A DNA stretch of 64,000 nucleotides, taken from an uncultured Desulfatitalea sp. Its GTDB lineage: Bacteria; Desulfobacterota; Desulfobacteria; Desulfobacterales; Desulfosarcinaceae. The first letter of the stretch is position 1, and every line of letters begins with the position of its first letter. Both the position numbers and the translations under genes were made by a program. Positions 9,809 through 20,014 of this stretch are shown one piece after another. The notes under the pieces were generated by a model, which saw only the letters and a list, made by a program, of their open reading frames with translations, made no database searches and had not been told where the DNA came from. The stretch spans positions 2,304,001 to 2,368,000 of the forward strand of contig CAXXMB010000002.1 in assembly GCA_963668675.2 (NCBI GenBank), read 5' to 3'.

Positions 9809-10017
9809 TGTTTCCATCACCTTTCTGCTTCCTGGAATGAAGCCCATAGGGGCTTACGCCTTTTACCACCATCTGATGTACCATCTACGATTCGCGTTTG
9901 GCGGCGCCACTTGACACCCTGTTCGTTCGCGCATCTTAAACCCCCTGGTTTGCCACAATACGTGTGACGTCGTGCATGGCGATCATGGGCCAGGCGCGGC
10001 AAAAGAGAAGAGGAATC

Positions 10018-11913
10018 ATGTATCGTTCATTCTACCAGTTGACGCATAAGCCTTTCCAGATCAGCACCGATCCGGGATTCCTCTGGTTGGGTGAAAACCA
10101 CAAAGAGGCATTGGCCAATCTAACCTATGGCTTGCGTGAGGGCAACGGCTTTGTCGTATTGACCGGAGATGTGGGTACCGGCAAAACCACACTGGTCAAC
10201 GCCCTGCTCGCCTCCCTGGATAGCGACGTGCTCGTCGCCAACATCACCCACCCCAAACTTGATGCCACCGAGTTTCTTCGCAAGGTCGTTCGCACCTTTG
10301 ACCCTTCGGCCAGTTTCAACGGCAAGGCCGATATGCTGCTCTTTCTCGAAGATTTCCTGCGCAGCAGGTATGCAGAAGGCCGGCGCGTCCTTCTGGTGAT
10401 CGACGAAGCCCATCGGCTGTCGGTGGATCTGCTCGAGGAGGTTCGCCTCTGGTCCAATATGGAACACTTAGGTCAGCGTCTGATCAATATATTTTTTGTG
10501 GGCCAGAGTGAACTGAAAGAGCTGTTGGCGTCATCGGCCTGCCTCGCCCTGCGCCAGCGCATTGTTCTTTTCCATCACCTGCAGTCGCTATCCGAATCAG
10601 AGGTGAGGCAATATGTGGCTCACCGGCTAGGCGTTGCCGGTACCCAAAGGCGGCTTTTTTCCCAGGCCGCTCTGCGACAGATCTGGAAATTGTCCGGCGG
10701 CTATCCTCGACGGGTCAACATCATTTGCGATCGGGCATTGCTGACCGGATACGTCAAGGCGATCTCCGTGATCGACGCTGAAACGGTGCTGGAGTGTGCC
10801 CGGGAAATCGGTGTCCTCGACCCCAAAGCACCGCCTTTGGAACGCATCCGGGGAGTTGGAGACACATTGCGCCGGCGGTTTAAGCAGGCGGCCGTGGTGC
10901 ATGGACTGAAAGGACGCCTTGCAGAAATGGGCCGAAGGCTAAGGACTTCCGGCGTTCGGATTGTCGAAGGGGTGCGGTCGCAGACAGAACAGACCGGTCA
11001 CGCACTTGCCGAACAGTATCATCGTGTTCGTCCAGCCTGGAAAGGGCTGGTGCTGATGACCGGTCTGGTTGCCGGAGGGTTGGCGCTCCTGGTTTTCTGG
11101 CTCACCGGGATGGAGAGGAGTGCTCCGACCTTTCCGTCCCACCCCACTGCCGCTGATGAGATCGATGAGGCAAAACCCTATCTTTTGTCTCAAGTGGAGA
11201 GGTTGAAGCCTTTCGTTGAATTCAAAAACGGCAGCCCCATTGCTTTAGTGGTGCCGGATACCCCCATGGCGCTATCGGCACACGACCAGAAGGAGAAGTT
11301 CACGGACGATACCGCGTCCGTTCAGGTTGACGGGCCTTCAACGCTTGAGCTCGCCTCGGCCGCTCTCGGCCAGAGCGATTATCAAACCGCCATCGAACTG
11401 ATCGAGGCAGATCCAGATCGTGCGGCCGACCTCGATATAAGGACACGAAGCCTTTATGCGCAGGCGCTGTTGGGGCGTGCGGAGCAGATCATGACGCAAT
11501 CACCGCAAGCGGCGCAGCAACTGGTATCAACCGCCATCGAAGCCGATCCCGGACGAGCCGATGCCTATGCCATCTTGGGCAAACTCCACACCCTTTCCAA
11601 GGCGTATGCGCTGGCGATCGAAGCGTACCGACAGGCCGTGGCGATCGATTCCGAGCAGTCGGACGCCCTGTTCAACCTGGGGTACATCTATGCCTCCACC
11701 GGCATGCTGGCGGATGCTGAAACGGCGCTACGGCGGGTGGTTGTGCTGAAACCGGCCTATCTTGACAAGGCGCTCTTCAACCTTGCCGTGGTCCACCACA
11801 AGCAGGGCAAAACCGGCGAGAGTATCGAGGCCTTGGAGAGGGCACTTGCCATCGATCCGGAGAACGAAAAGGCCCGTATTTACCTGAGACAGCTAAAAGA
11901 GGCTCCGCCATGA
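10018..11913 (+). CDS. ExeA/GspA-family AAA ATPase with a TM helix and C-terminal TPR repeats
   Basis: MY..FY.L..KPF, Walker A GDVGTGKT, Walker B LVIDEAH, SGGYPRRVNIICDRAL; TPRs (ALFNLG, ALFNLA). Confidence 0.9.
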   Translation: MYRSFYQLTHKPFQISTDPGFLWLGENHKEALANLTYGLREGNGFVVLTGDVGTGKTTLVNALLASLDSDVLVANITHPKLDATEFLRKVVRTFDPSASFNGKADMLLFLEDFLRSRYAEGRRVLLVIDEAHRLSVDLLEEVRLWSNMEHLGQRLINIFFVGQSELKELLASSACLALRQRIVLFHHLQSLSESEVRQYVAHRLGVAGTQRRLFSQAALRQIWKLSGGYPRRVNIICDRALLTGYVKAISVIDAETVLECAREIGVLDPKAPPLERIRGVGDTLRRRFKQAAVVHGLKGRLAEMGRRLRTSGVRIVEGVRSQTEQTGHALAEQYHRVRPAWKGLVLMTGLVAGGLALLVFWLTGMERSAPTFPSHPTAADEIDEAKPYLLSQVERLKPFVEFKNGSPIALVVPDTPMALSAHDQKEKFTDDTASVQVDGPSTLELASAALGQSDYQTAIELIEADPDRAADLDIRTRSLYAQALLGRAEQIMTQSPQAAQQLVSTAIEADPGRADAYAILGKLHTLSKAYALAIEAYRQAVAIDSEQSDALFNLGYIYASTGMLADAETALRRVVVLKPAYLDKALFNLAVVHHKQGKTGESIEALERALAIDPENEKARIYLRQLKEAPP

Positions 11914-12461
11914 TGACGGTGAAGAGACGGTGGGGGAGCCTCTGGTACTGGGTTGGGATATGCCTGGGGGTATGGGGCTGTGCATGGTTTCAGCCCGTGT
12001 CAAAACAGGAGGATCCGGCCACGGACGCTTTGTGGGGCGACGTGGACATGGAGATGCCACTCCAGTTTCTTGCGATCTCGCTGCCGGAACCGCCTCCCAA
12101 GCCGGTGGAAAAGCCCTTTTTTGCCCATACCGTTTCACGGCAGGGCGAGACGTTGATCGCCATTGCGCGGTGGTATACCGGTGATGGTCGCAACTGGGTG
12201 GCCATTGCCGAGGTCAATCCAACCTTGGCGCCCAAACGGATTCATATCGGCGATACGATAAAGATTCCCAAAGGCCTTCTGATCACACAAAAGCCGTTGC
12301 CCCGGGTCAAGCCTGCGGCAAAGCGCCGTCCGCCAGAATCCCCAAAACGTCCAAAACCCAAGGCGATCCAGGTCGAGCTTTTCGGCCCTATCGTGAGTAC
12401 GCCCTCAACCGGCGACACCGGCCGGGCAACCCACACTGCACCCCTTGAAACCATCGATTAG
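11910..12461 (+). CDS. LysM-domain lipoprotein with Pro/Lys-rich linkers
   Basis: Lipobox-like VWGC; LysM HTVSRQGETLIAIARWYTG..NW..IAEVNP..IHIGDTIKIP. ATGA overlap with the upstream gene. Confidence 0.85.
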   Translation: MMTVKRRWGSLWYWVGICLGVWGCAWFQPVSKQEDPATDALWGDVDMEMPLQFLAISLPEPPPKPVEKPFFAHTVSRQGETLIAIARWYTGDGRNWVAIAEVNPTLAPKRIHIGDTIKIPKGLLITQKPLPRVKPAAKRRPPESPKRPKPKAIQVELFGPIVSTPSTGDTGRATHTAPLETID

Positions 12462-12558
12462 TGGTGTGCACCCTCACCGAGCAGTGTTGATCATAAGGCT
12501 CGTCTCTTTGACGGCCGCGACGAACGCATACCCAACAAGCATATAGCGGATTTCCGCA

Positions 12559-13854
12559 TCAGCCGCCGGTCTTGCCGAATATTTCGGAAGCCTCCATCTC
12601 GGCCTGGCACTTCTGCATGATAATGATCAATTGCGGGGTGCCCAATCCTAGCTGACGGGCCGATGGGGCGAGACTCAGATCGAGTTCGACCGAGGGGTTG
12701 AGCCCCGGGCATCCGATGGATTTGGCTATGAGATTGGAGAGATGCACAACGGCAAGCGCTTCGCAGACCTGGGTGCCGTCGGTGATCTTTTCATGGGACA
12801 GGGTGGTCTGAACATAGTCGGGCGCAAAGTGCCATTTGCTCAGCAGTTTGGCACCGAAGCGGGCGTGGTTGGCAACCACGGTTTCGGCCACGGCTTCGGG
12901 CGTCACCGCTTTGCTGAAATGGCTGCGGTTCTCCATCTGGGCAATAATTTGAATGAGGGCCATGGCGCCCATGTCGTGCATCAGACCGGCCACAAAGGGA
13001 TCGATGGCGAGGCGGCGGCCAGTGGCTCCGACCACGGCCTGGGCGGCCAGTGCCGACGCAAGGGAGTGGCGCCACAACGATTGGAGCAGAGGTCGGTAAC
13101 GGTCGCTTTCACTGGCAAACATGCGTTGGTTGGCCATGGTGGTCACGATCTGATCGACGGCCGACATCCCGAGCCGGCCGATGGCCTGGGCCGTGTTCCT
13201 GGCGGTGTCGAATCCGCGGAACAGGGCGGAATTGGCCACACGCATCACCTTGGCGGCGATGGTCATGTCCTGCTGCAGCAGCTCCGCCAGCTGATCGAGA
13301 TCGGCCCCGCTCGCCATAAGCTCTCGAAAGCGCGTCAGTACGAGCGGCTGAGCGGGAAGTTCCAGGTCGCCCTTGCTCAATGAGCGATTAATCTCCTTGA
13401 GGATGCTGCTGGCACTCAATCCGTGCGAAGACGCGCCGGGCATCTGGCCATCGGAAACATTCCGGATGCAGCCGAGGTGTTTCAGTTTGGCGCTGAGGAT
13501 CTGGTGATTGAACGGCTTGGCGATGTAGTCGTCACAGCCATTCTCCACGCAGGTGATCACCTGCTCCTTGTCGGAGCGGCCGGTGACCATGATGATTCTG
13601 GCGCGCCGATCAGTGGAAACCTGAAAATCCTGCTCGAGGTGTCGCATCTGCTGCAGCACTACGGTGCCGTCCAGGTCAGGCATGGCGATATCCAGGGTGA
13701 CCAGCTGGAACTGGCGGTGCTGCTTTAGGGCCGCCTGGAACTGCGAGATCGCTTCCGATCCGCTCTCTGCTGTATGACATTGGCCATAGGTGCCCAAGAT
13801 GATCTCCATCTTTTCGCGGCTGGCCAGTTCGTCGTCAACGACCAGAATCTGCAT
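12559..13854 (-). CDS. Response regulator with HDOD output domain
   Basis: Receiver ILVVDDE..LDIAMP..DDYIAKP; HDOD LPAQP..ANSALF..LWRHSL..GLMHDMG. Alternative start at 13860. Confidence 0.9.
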   Translation of the reverse strand: MQILVVDDELASREKMEIILGTYGQCHTAESGSEAISQFQAALKQHRQFQLVTLDIAMPDLDGTVVLQQMRHLEQDFQVSTDRRARIIMVTGRSDKEQVITCVENGCDDYIAKPFNHQILSAKLKHLGCIRNVSDGQMPGASSHGLSASSILKEINRSLSKGDLELPAQPLVLTRFRELMASGADLDQLAELLQQDMTIAAKVMRVANSALFRGFDTARNTAQAIGRLGMSAVDQIVTTMANQRMFASESDRYRPLLQSLWRHSLASALAAQAVVGATGRRLAIDPFVAGLMHDMGAMALIQIIAQMENRSHFSKAVTPEAVAETVVANHARFGAKLLSKWHFAPDYVQTTLSHEKITDGTQVCEALAVVHLSNLIAKSIGCPGLNPSVELDLSLAPSARQLGLGTPQLIIIMQKCQAEMEASEIFGKTGG

Positions 13855-13870
13855 GTTCATCCTCTCGTGG

Positions 13871-16108
13871 CTACGTTGTTTTCTGGATGCTATGGCTTCT
13901 GGTGCACGCCCGCAATCGTACGGCCTCCCGTTGCAGGGCGTTCAGGGCACCGGGGGCGCCGGTCAAATCCCCGACATCGGCCAACTGTTCAAGCCGGGCG
14001 GCGGCTTCGGACAGTGGGATGGCAATCAGATTGGCCGCACCACCCTTCATGGCATGGGCTTGGCGTTTCACTGTGCCGGCGTCGCCGTCCGATATCGCCT
14101 GTTCGATGGTGTTCAACTGTTCTCGGATATGGTGCTGGAAGTCGTCGAGGACCCGGTTCAGTCTATCCTTACGTCCCATGAACTCTTCAAGGGCCAGGGG
14201 CCAGTCGATGGGCGGTGCAGACCTGTCGCGTTCAGGAATAGAAGCGGGTGCATCTGCTGAGACAGGACCGGGCCCCGCATCCCGCTCGTGTTTCGCGAGC
14301 CACTGTTGAACCGTTTCAAGAAGCCGTCCGCGTCTCACCGGTTTGGTGAGAAAATCATTTACGCCGGCCTTCCGGCTGCGCGTTTCATGCGCCGGCATGG
14401 CGTGGGCGGTCAGGGCGATAATGGGGGTCTCAGGGCCTGCCTTCCCCTGCTGTTCGATCAGTCGGATGGTGCGAGTGGCCGTGTAACCGTCCATGACCGG
14501 CATGTCCAGATCCATCAGGATCAGATCATAGGATGTACGGGCGGCCATCCGCACGGCAGCTTGTCCGTTTTCGGCCAGGTCGACACGGTAACCGACCGAT
14601 TGAAGATGCATGGTCACCACCTGCTGGTTGGCCGGATAGTCCTCGGCCAGCAGGATGCGGGCCGGTTGCCGGACGGCGGCATCCGTTCCATGCTTCTTTA
14701 ATGGGCAGCGTTGCTCCTTTCGGCTCTGTGGGGTGCAAACCTCCGTGATGGCTGACTTCAGGTCATCGAAGATCAGCGGTTTGGCCAGGCAGCGATCGAA
14801 TCCCATGCTTCTGAAATCTTCACCACCGGCGATCTCCTGCAGGCCAGTGACAGCGATGATCGGGGTGTCCTGGCAGGTCTCCATCTCGCGGGCCTGTCGG
14901 GCCAGTTCGTAACCGCTCATACGGGGCATGCGAAAATCGGTAATGATCAGATCGAATGGATCTTGCCGCCGGGACGCCTCTTTCAGCATATCCAATGCCT
15001 GGGCGCCATCTTCAGCCGCCTGGGTGCGGCAGCCCAGTGCATGCAGATACTTCAAGGCGAATTGACGGCTGGTAAAGCAGTCGTCGACCATCAGGACATA
15101 CTTCGGTTGAACGGCTTGGGCAGCCTCTGCTTCGGGGCGCACTTCATCCGGCCCCGGTTCGAAATCGAGTTCGAACCAAATTCGGGTGCCTTGGCCGGGC
15201 CGACTCTCCAGTTGCAGTTGGCCACCCATGATTTCGACCAGGGAGCGACTGATGGTGGTGCCGAGTCCAGTGCCGCCATACAGGCGTGTGGTGGTTTCGT
15301 CGGCTTGGGTGAAGCTGTCGAAAATGGTGCTCTGCTTCTCGTCGGCTATTCCGATGCCGGTGTCCTGCACGGTAAAGCGGATGGTGGCGCGCTCCGGCTG
15401 GCGTGAAATCAGTTCGGCCTTGATGCTGATCTCCCCTTCAGAGGTGAATTTGACCGCATTGGAGGCCAGATTGAGCAATACCTGCCGCAGGCGGGTCCGA
15501 TCGCCGATCACCCGGTGCGGCATATCCGGCGGCTGGTAGAGGTTGAATTCCAGACCTTTGCGTGCAGCCTGAACGGCGACCGTCTCTCCCAACGCTTCGA
15601 GAAGACGGTTCAAATTAAAAATGGATGCCTCTATGGTGAGTTTCCCAGCCTCGATCTTGGAAAAATCGAGCACACCATTGATCAACTCCAGCAGGTGGTT
15701 GGATTCGCTCCCTATAATTGAGATGATGCGCCGTTGGTTGTCGTCCAGGCGGGTGGTGAGGGCCACTTCGGTCATGCCGATGATGCCGTTGAGCGGCGTC
15801 CGGATTTCATGGCTTATCTTGGCAAAAACTTCGTTTTTGGCCCGTTTGCGGGCTTCGTCCGAAGACTCGCCAGCTGCCGGCAGGGCGATGTTGACGTCTG
15901 GCGGCCTGAGCAGGGCCCGGCGCAGAAAAAAGGCGTGGGTCCCGATTAAAAGAAGTCCTACGATGCAGAGGATCCATTGCACCGAGAGAGCGATATCTGA
16001 TCCCGCCGCACCGACGTCACTCCGCCAGGCGTAAGCGACCGCCACGACGCCATAGAGCACCATACTCAATACAACCCCTATGAGATAAAAATTCTTTTTG
16101 AACGACAT
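13871..16108 (-). CDS. Hybrid sensor histidine kinase (2 TM, HisKA, HATPase, two receivers, Hpt)
   Basis: SHEIRTPLNG, NLASNAVKFT, DTGIGI, GGTGLG, two REC domains, AHAMKGGAANL Hpt. Start uncertain (16108 or 16153). Confidence 0.92.
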   Translation of the reverse strand: MSFKKNFYLIGVVLSMVLYGVVAVAYAWRSDVGAAGSDIALSVQWILCIVGLLLIGTHAFFLRRALLRPPDVNIALPAAGESSDEARKRAKNEVFAKISHEIRTPLNGIIGMTEVALTTRLDDNQRRIISIIGSESNHLLELINGVLDFSKIEAGKLTIEASIFNLNRLLEALGETVAVQAARKGLEFNLYQPPDMPHRVIGDRTRLRQVLLNLASNAVKFTSEGEISIKAELISRQPERATIRFTVQDTGIGIADEKQSTIFDSFTQADETTTRLYGGTGLGTTISRSLVEIMGGQLQLESRPGQGTRIWFELDFEPGPDEVRPEAEAAQAVQPKYVLMVDDCFTSRQFALKYLHALGCRTQAAEDGAQALDMLKEASRRQDPFDLIITDFRMPRMSGYELARQAREMETCQDTPIIAVTGLQEIAGGEDFRSMGFDRCLAKPLIFDDLKSAITEVCTPQSRKEQRCPLKKHGTDAAVRQPARILLAEDYPANQQVVTMHLQSVGYRVDLAENGQAAVRMAARTSYDLILMDLDMPVMDGYTATRTIRLIEQQGKAGPETPIIALTAHAMPAHETRSRKAGVNDFLTKPVRRGRLLETVQQWLAKHERDAGPGPVSADAPASIPERDRSAPPIDWPLALEEFMGRKDRLNRVLDDFQHHIREQLNTIEQAISDGDAGTVKRQAHAMKGGAANLIAIPLSEAAARLEQLADVGDLTGAPGALNALQREAVRLRACTRSHSIQKTT

Positions 16109-16412
16109 GAACAGATCCTGTTCTGGTTCTGGCGATGGGATCTCCGTCGGCATCGCTGCCGGGGCACCGGTCCTATCGCCGGTCTGCGCCTCCTTGCTTC
16201 TATTATCGACGAGAGGGGCGGATCGCTTTACCTGTTTTCCATCTTTTTTTGCTATGCTACTGCGCCGAGGGTGATGGAAGGCTTGAATTGAGGGCTTGGA
16301 TTTTTTGTGGTACACCCAAAACAGTGTTTCGATAGGATCTGACACCCAAATCGGTGAACACCACATTCAATGGTCGTTCATCCATTATGCAGCCTCATCA
16401 AAGGAGTATCCA

Positions 16413-16772
16413 ATGGACATCAATGCACTGATAGAACAGATCAAAAACCATCCTGGATACGATAAGGTCGGTATGGTGTTGTGTCATCAGGGTGTGGTTC
16501 GGGCCACTTCCCGGGACGGACAACCCGTACGAGGTTTGCGGGTGGCCGTTAATGAACAGCTCCTGGCGCAGATCATCAAGGAGAAGAAGGCGTTGCCGGG
16601 CGTTGTCGAAATCCTGGTGCAGATCAACGCAGACAAGGACTTGCTGGTGGGCGATGACGTGATGGTGCTGGTTGTGGCCGGCGATATTCGTGAAAATGTC
16701 ATCGCTGCCTTGAGCGAAACGCTCAACGCCATAAAATCCAAAGTAACCCAAAAGACCGAATATTTCATATAA
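16413..16772 (+). CDS. moaE: Molybdopterin synthase catalytic subunit (short MoaE-like)
   Basis: [27 protein letters not shown]...QKTE; AAGGAG RBS; adjacent to moaC. Confidence 0.85.
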   Translation: MDINALIEQIKNHPGYDKVGMVLCHQGVVRATSRDGQPVRGLRVAVNEQLLAQIIKEKKALPGVVEILVQINADKDLLVGDDVMVLVVAGDIRENVIAALSETLNAIKSKVTQKTEYFI

Positions 16773-16785
16773 CCAAGGAGTCTGC

Positions 16786-17277
16786 ATGGGCGAGTTGACC
16801 CATATCGATGACCAGGGGCGCGTGCGCATGGTGGATGTGACCGCCAAATTGTCCACCGAAAGGGTGGCCCGGGCCCAGGCTGTGGTGGCCATGCAACCGG
16901 AGACCTTCGACATGATCCGGGACCGGGGCGTGAGCAAAGGCAATGTGCTTGAGACGGCCCGCATTGCTGGGGTCATGGCGGCCAAACGAACGGCCGAGTG
17001 GATCCCCATGTGCCACCCCCTGAACCTGACCCATGCCCAGGTTGACTTTTTCCCTGAGCCGTCCGGCACCGCTATCCGTATCGAGGCGGTGGTGCGCGTT
17101 ACCGCCCAGACCGGCGTCGAGATGGAGGCGCTCACGGCCGCCACTGCGGCCGCATTGACCATCTACGATATGTGCAAGGCTTACGATCGCGCCATGACGA
17201 TTTCCGATGTCTTTCTTCTTGAAAAGAGCGGCGGCAAAAGCGGCACCTGGCGCCGTGACAACCAGCCCCGGAAGTGA
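16786..17277 (+). CDS. moaC: Cyclic pyranopterin monophosphate synthase
   Basis: [37 protein letters not shown]. Confidence 0.97.
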   Translation: MGELTHIDDQGRVRMVDVTAKLSTERVARAQAVVAMQPETFDMIRDRGVSKGNVLETARIAGVMAAKRTAEWIPMCHPLNLTHAQVDFFPEPSGTAIRIEAVVRVTAQTGVEMEALTAATAAALTIYDMCKAYDRAMTISDVFLLEKSGGKSGTWRRDNQPRK

Positions 17278-17310
17278 ACACCTTTCACCTTTTGCGAGCA
17301 TGCGATCTTT

Positions 17311-18540
17311 ATGAGTGCGAACGCCCTGCCCGATTGTAAATTCAGAAGATGGTGTCTTGTCAGTGTGCTGGTGATCGTGGCCATCTGCATCTCCTGCGCG
17401 CCGAAACCGGTTTTGCGAGAACCGGCGCTGGTGTGTATCCCTGCGGGGGAGCAGCCGCAGTTTGTGGACGATGCCGATTATGAGCAGCTGGCGCGCAGTC
17501 TCGAGATGAGCCTGGTCTATCTGCGTAAACGGCCGCCCCAAAAAGAGGTCCGTTTCGGAGCCGATGCCTACACGGTGGCCCACCTTATACGATCTTTGGA
17601 GCGTTTTGCCGATCTGATCGAAGATCGCCCCTCGCCAGAGCTGCTGAACCGCCGGATCAGAGAGCACTTTCTGGTATACCGCGCCGCAGGGCAAGGCGAT
17701 ACGCACCAGGTGCTGTTTACCGGCTATTACGAGCCGATACTGCACGGCAGCCTTACCCGTTCGGATCGCTTTCCAGTGGCCGTCCACTCCCGGCCGGCAG
17801 ACCTGGTGGAGATCGATCTGTCGGCCTTTGCCCGGGATCTCAAAGGGCGTCGCATCGTGGGGCAATATACCGGCCGAACGGTGATACCCTATCCGGATCG
17901 CCAGCAGATACGCCAAGACGCTGCCTTTGATCAAAAAGCGACACCCATCGCATGGCTGCGTGATGATGTGGACCTGTTCAACCTCATGGTCCAGGGGTCC
18001 GGAAAGATTGTTCTGGACGATGGGGAGATGTTCGATGTCCATTTTGACGCCTCCAATGGCCGCGCCTACCGGAGTATCGGCCGCCTGCTTATCGTTCAGG
18101 ACAAAATCAGCAAGGACAAGATGTCCATGCAGGCGATCCGGGACTACCTGAAGGCCAATCCCGACGAGGCCGATGCCGTCATGGATCACAATCCGCGCTA
18201 CATCTTCTTCCACCGTATCGAGCAGGGACCTTTAGGCGCGCTGGGGGTTGCACTGACGCCCAATCGCTCTTTGGCCGTTGACCGCCAACGCTTTCCCATG
18301 GCTGCCCTTGCGTTTATTGCACTGCCGACGCCCCGGGTGGACGATGAGGGCCGACTTGATGGTTGGCAATCGTATCATGGGTTCGTTCTGGCCCAGGACA
18401 CGGGTAGCGCCATCACTGGCGCCGGACGGGCCGACCTGTTCTGGGGGCATGGGGCGCGGGCGGAGACGGCGGCCGGCCACCTCAAGCACGACGGCCGGCT
18501 CTATTTCCTGGTGCTCAAGCCCACTGAGGCGGGTCTTTAA
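17311..18540 (+). CDS. mltA: Membrane-bound lytic murein transglycosylase A
   Basis: Lipobox-like ICISC, FTGYYEP, VQGSG, NPRYIFF, AQDTGSAI, RADLFWG. Confidence 0.93.
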   Translation: MSANALPDCKFRRWCLVSVLVIVAICISCAPKPVLREPALVCIPAGEQPQFVDDADYEQLARSLEMSLVYLRKRPPQKEVRFGADAYTVAHLIRSLERFADLIEDRPSPELLNRRIREHFLVYRAAGQGDTHQVLFTGYYEPILHGSLTRSDRFPVAVHSRPADLVEIDLSAFARDLKGRRIVGQYTGRTVIPYPDRQQIRQDAAFDQKATPIAWLRDDVDLFNLMVQGSGKIVLDDGEMFDVHFDASNGRAYRSIGRLLIVQDKISKDKMSMQAIRDYLKANPDEADAVMDHNPRYIFFHRIEQGPLGALGVALTPNRSLAVDRQRFPMAALAFIALPTPRVDDEGRLDGWQSYHGFVLAQDTGSAITGAGRADLFWGHGARAETAAGHLKHDGRLYFLVLKPTEAGL

Positions 18541-18601
18541 GTACGTTCGATTTCTTTTAAATTCGGTTTGTTGTGCCATTTGGCCATCGACCCGGTTCCG
18601 C

Positions 18602-18630
18602 TTGACAAGGATAGCTAAAAGCCATACAAG
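18602..18630 (+). promoter_or_regulatory. Putative sigma70 promoter for tatBC
   Basis: TTGACA-N17-TACAAG. Confidence 0.45.
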
Positions 18631-18702
18631 TGACGGACTGAAATATCGGCGCTTTCATGGTCATACGGCCATGGAGTACATACACCCAAAAGGAGTTCTT
18701 CC

Positions 18703-19119
18703 ATGTTCGGAATCGGCATGCCGGAACTGCTGCTCATCCTGGCAGTGGCGCTCATTGTCATCGGCCCGAAGAAACTGCCCGATCTGGCCAAATCACTGGG
18801 CCGGGCCATGGGAGAGTTCAAGCGTGCCACCAACGACCTTAAACAGAGCATCGAGCAGGATTCAGGTCTGGACGAGGTGCGCCAGAGCATGAAAGCGGTC
18901 AACCAGGACCTCCGCCAGTCGATCGATCCGATTGATGCCCGGCCGAAAACAGACGACGACGGGGATGATGATGTAAAGCGGGAGGAGGCGGCTGGAGCGG
19001 ATCCTTACGCTGAAGATCAGACCGATGAGGCCCCCGCCGGGGTATCATCGGATGAAGATGGTGTCGAAAAGCCGGATTCGGACATGCCCGACGCGTCTAA
19101 AGAGGGCAGCACCCGATGA
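18703..19119 (+). CDS. tatB: Twin-arginine translocase subunit TatB (TatA/B family)
   Basis: MFGIGMPELLLILAVALIVIGPKKLP, acidic tail, directly upstream of tatC. Confidence 0.88.
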   Translation: MFGIGMPELLLILAVALIVIGPKKLPDLAKSLGRAMGEFKRATNDLKQSIEQDSGLDEVRQSMKAVNQDLRQSIDPIDARPKTDDDGDDDVKREEAAGADPYAEDQTDEAPAGVSSDEDGVEKPDSDMPDASKEGSTR

Positions 19120-19895
19120 CCGACCTGGAGAAACAGCCCTTCACCGCACATCTAGAGGAGCTGCGGTCGCGGTTGATCAAGGCGTTCATTGCCGTGACCA
19201 TCGGTTTTCTGGCCTCCTACTTTTTCAAGGAGCAGATTTTTCATATCCTCACCCTGCCGCTGGTGAAGGTGATGAAAGAGGGCGACCACCTCATCTATAC
19301 CAACCTGCCCGAGGCCTTTTTCACCTTTCTAAAAGCAGCTTTTATCTCCGGACTGATGCTGGCCTCACCCTATCTGTTGTATCAATTCTGGATGTTCATT
19401 GCGCCGGGACTTTACGACAAGGAGAAGCGGTTGGTGCTGCCCATATTGTCACTCTCCACCCTTTTTTTCGTGGGCGGCGCGCTGTTCGGCTACTTTGTGG
19501 TTTTTCCCATCGGTTTCGAGTTTTTTCTCAGCTTTGCCAGTGAAACCATCCGGCCCATGCCCTCGATGAAGGCTTATCTGGGGTTCTCCTCCAAGCTGTT
19601 GCTGGCGTTTGGTGTGGCCTTCGAGATGCCCCTGGTGCTCACCTTTCTGGCGCGGCTGGGCATCGTGTCGGTCGATCTGCTCAAGCGAAATCGAAAGTAT
19701 GCTATCCTGCTCTTCTTTGTGGGCTCGGCGGTCTTGACGCCGCCCGATGTGGTGACCCAGGTCTTCATGGCCCTGCCCATGATGCTGTTATACGAGTTGA
19801 GCATTGTCGGAGCGCGCATGTTTGGGCGTAAGAAGGAGGTTGAGGAGACGCCGGAAGATGGCCCGGAGGCCTCCTCTCCGGAAGGAGAAGAATAA
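19116..19895 (+). CDS. tatC: Twin-arginine translocase subunit TatC
   Basis: HLEELRSRL, FIAPGLY..EK, FEMP, TPPD, LYELSI. Confidence 0.97.
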   Translation: MTDLEKQPFTAHLEELRSRLIKAFIAVTIGFLASYFFKEQIFHILTLPLVKVMKEGDHLIYTNLPEAFFTFLKAAFISGLMLASPYLLYQFWMFIAPGLYDKEKRLVLPILSLSTLFFVGGALFGYFVVFPIGFEFFLSFASETIRPMPSMKAYLGFSSKLLLAFGVAFEMPLVLTFLARLGIVSVDLLKRNRKYAILLFFVGSAVLTPPDVVTQVFMALPMMLLYELSIVGARMFGRKKEVEETPEDGPEASSPEGEE

Positions 19896-19942
19896 CTGCC
19901 GTTTTTGGCAATGCCCGGGCAGCCATAGGTCTTTGCGCTTCG

Positions 19943-19971
19943 TTGACAGCCAAAACCGGAGTTGATAGAAT
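19943..19971 (+). promoter_or_regulatory. Near-consensus sigma70 promoter of the cytochrome c3 gene
   Basis: TTGACA (19943-19948)-N17-TAGAAT (19966-19971), followed by a GGAGGTG RBS. Confidence 0.7.
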
Positions 19972-20014
19972 TTTTGAATGCAGGCAAAATCAGTCCAAAG
20001 GAGGTGAACAATTG

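Noticed and set aside
9664..9839. 6S RNA or a known riboswitch
   Set aside because: The fold is branched rather than rod-like, the usual gene context is missing, and I recognise no riboswitch consensus. Kept only as an unknown candidate.
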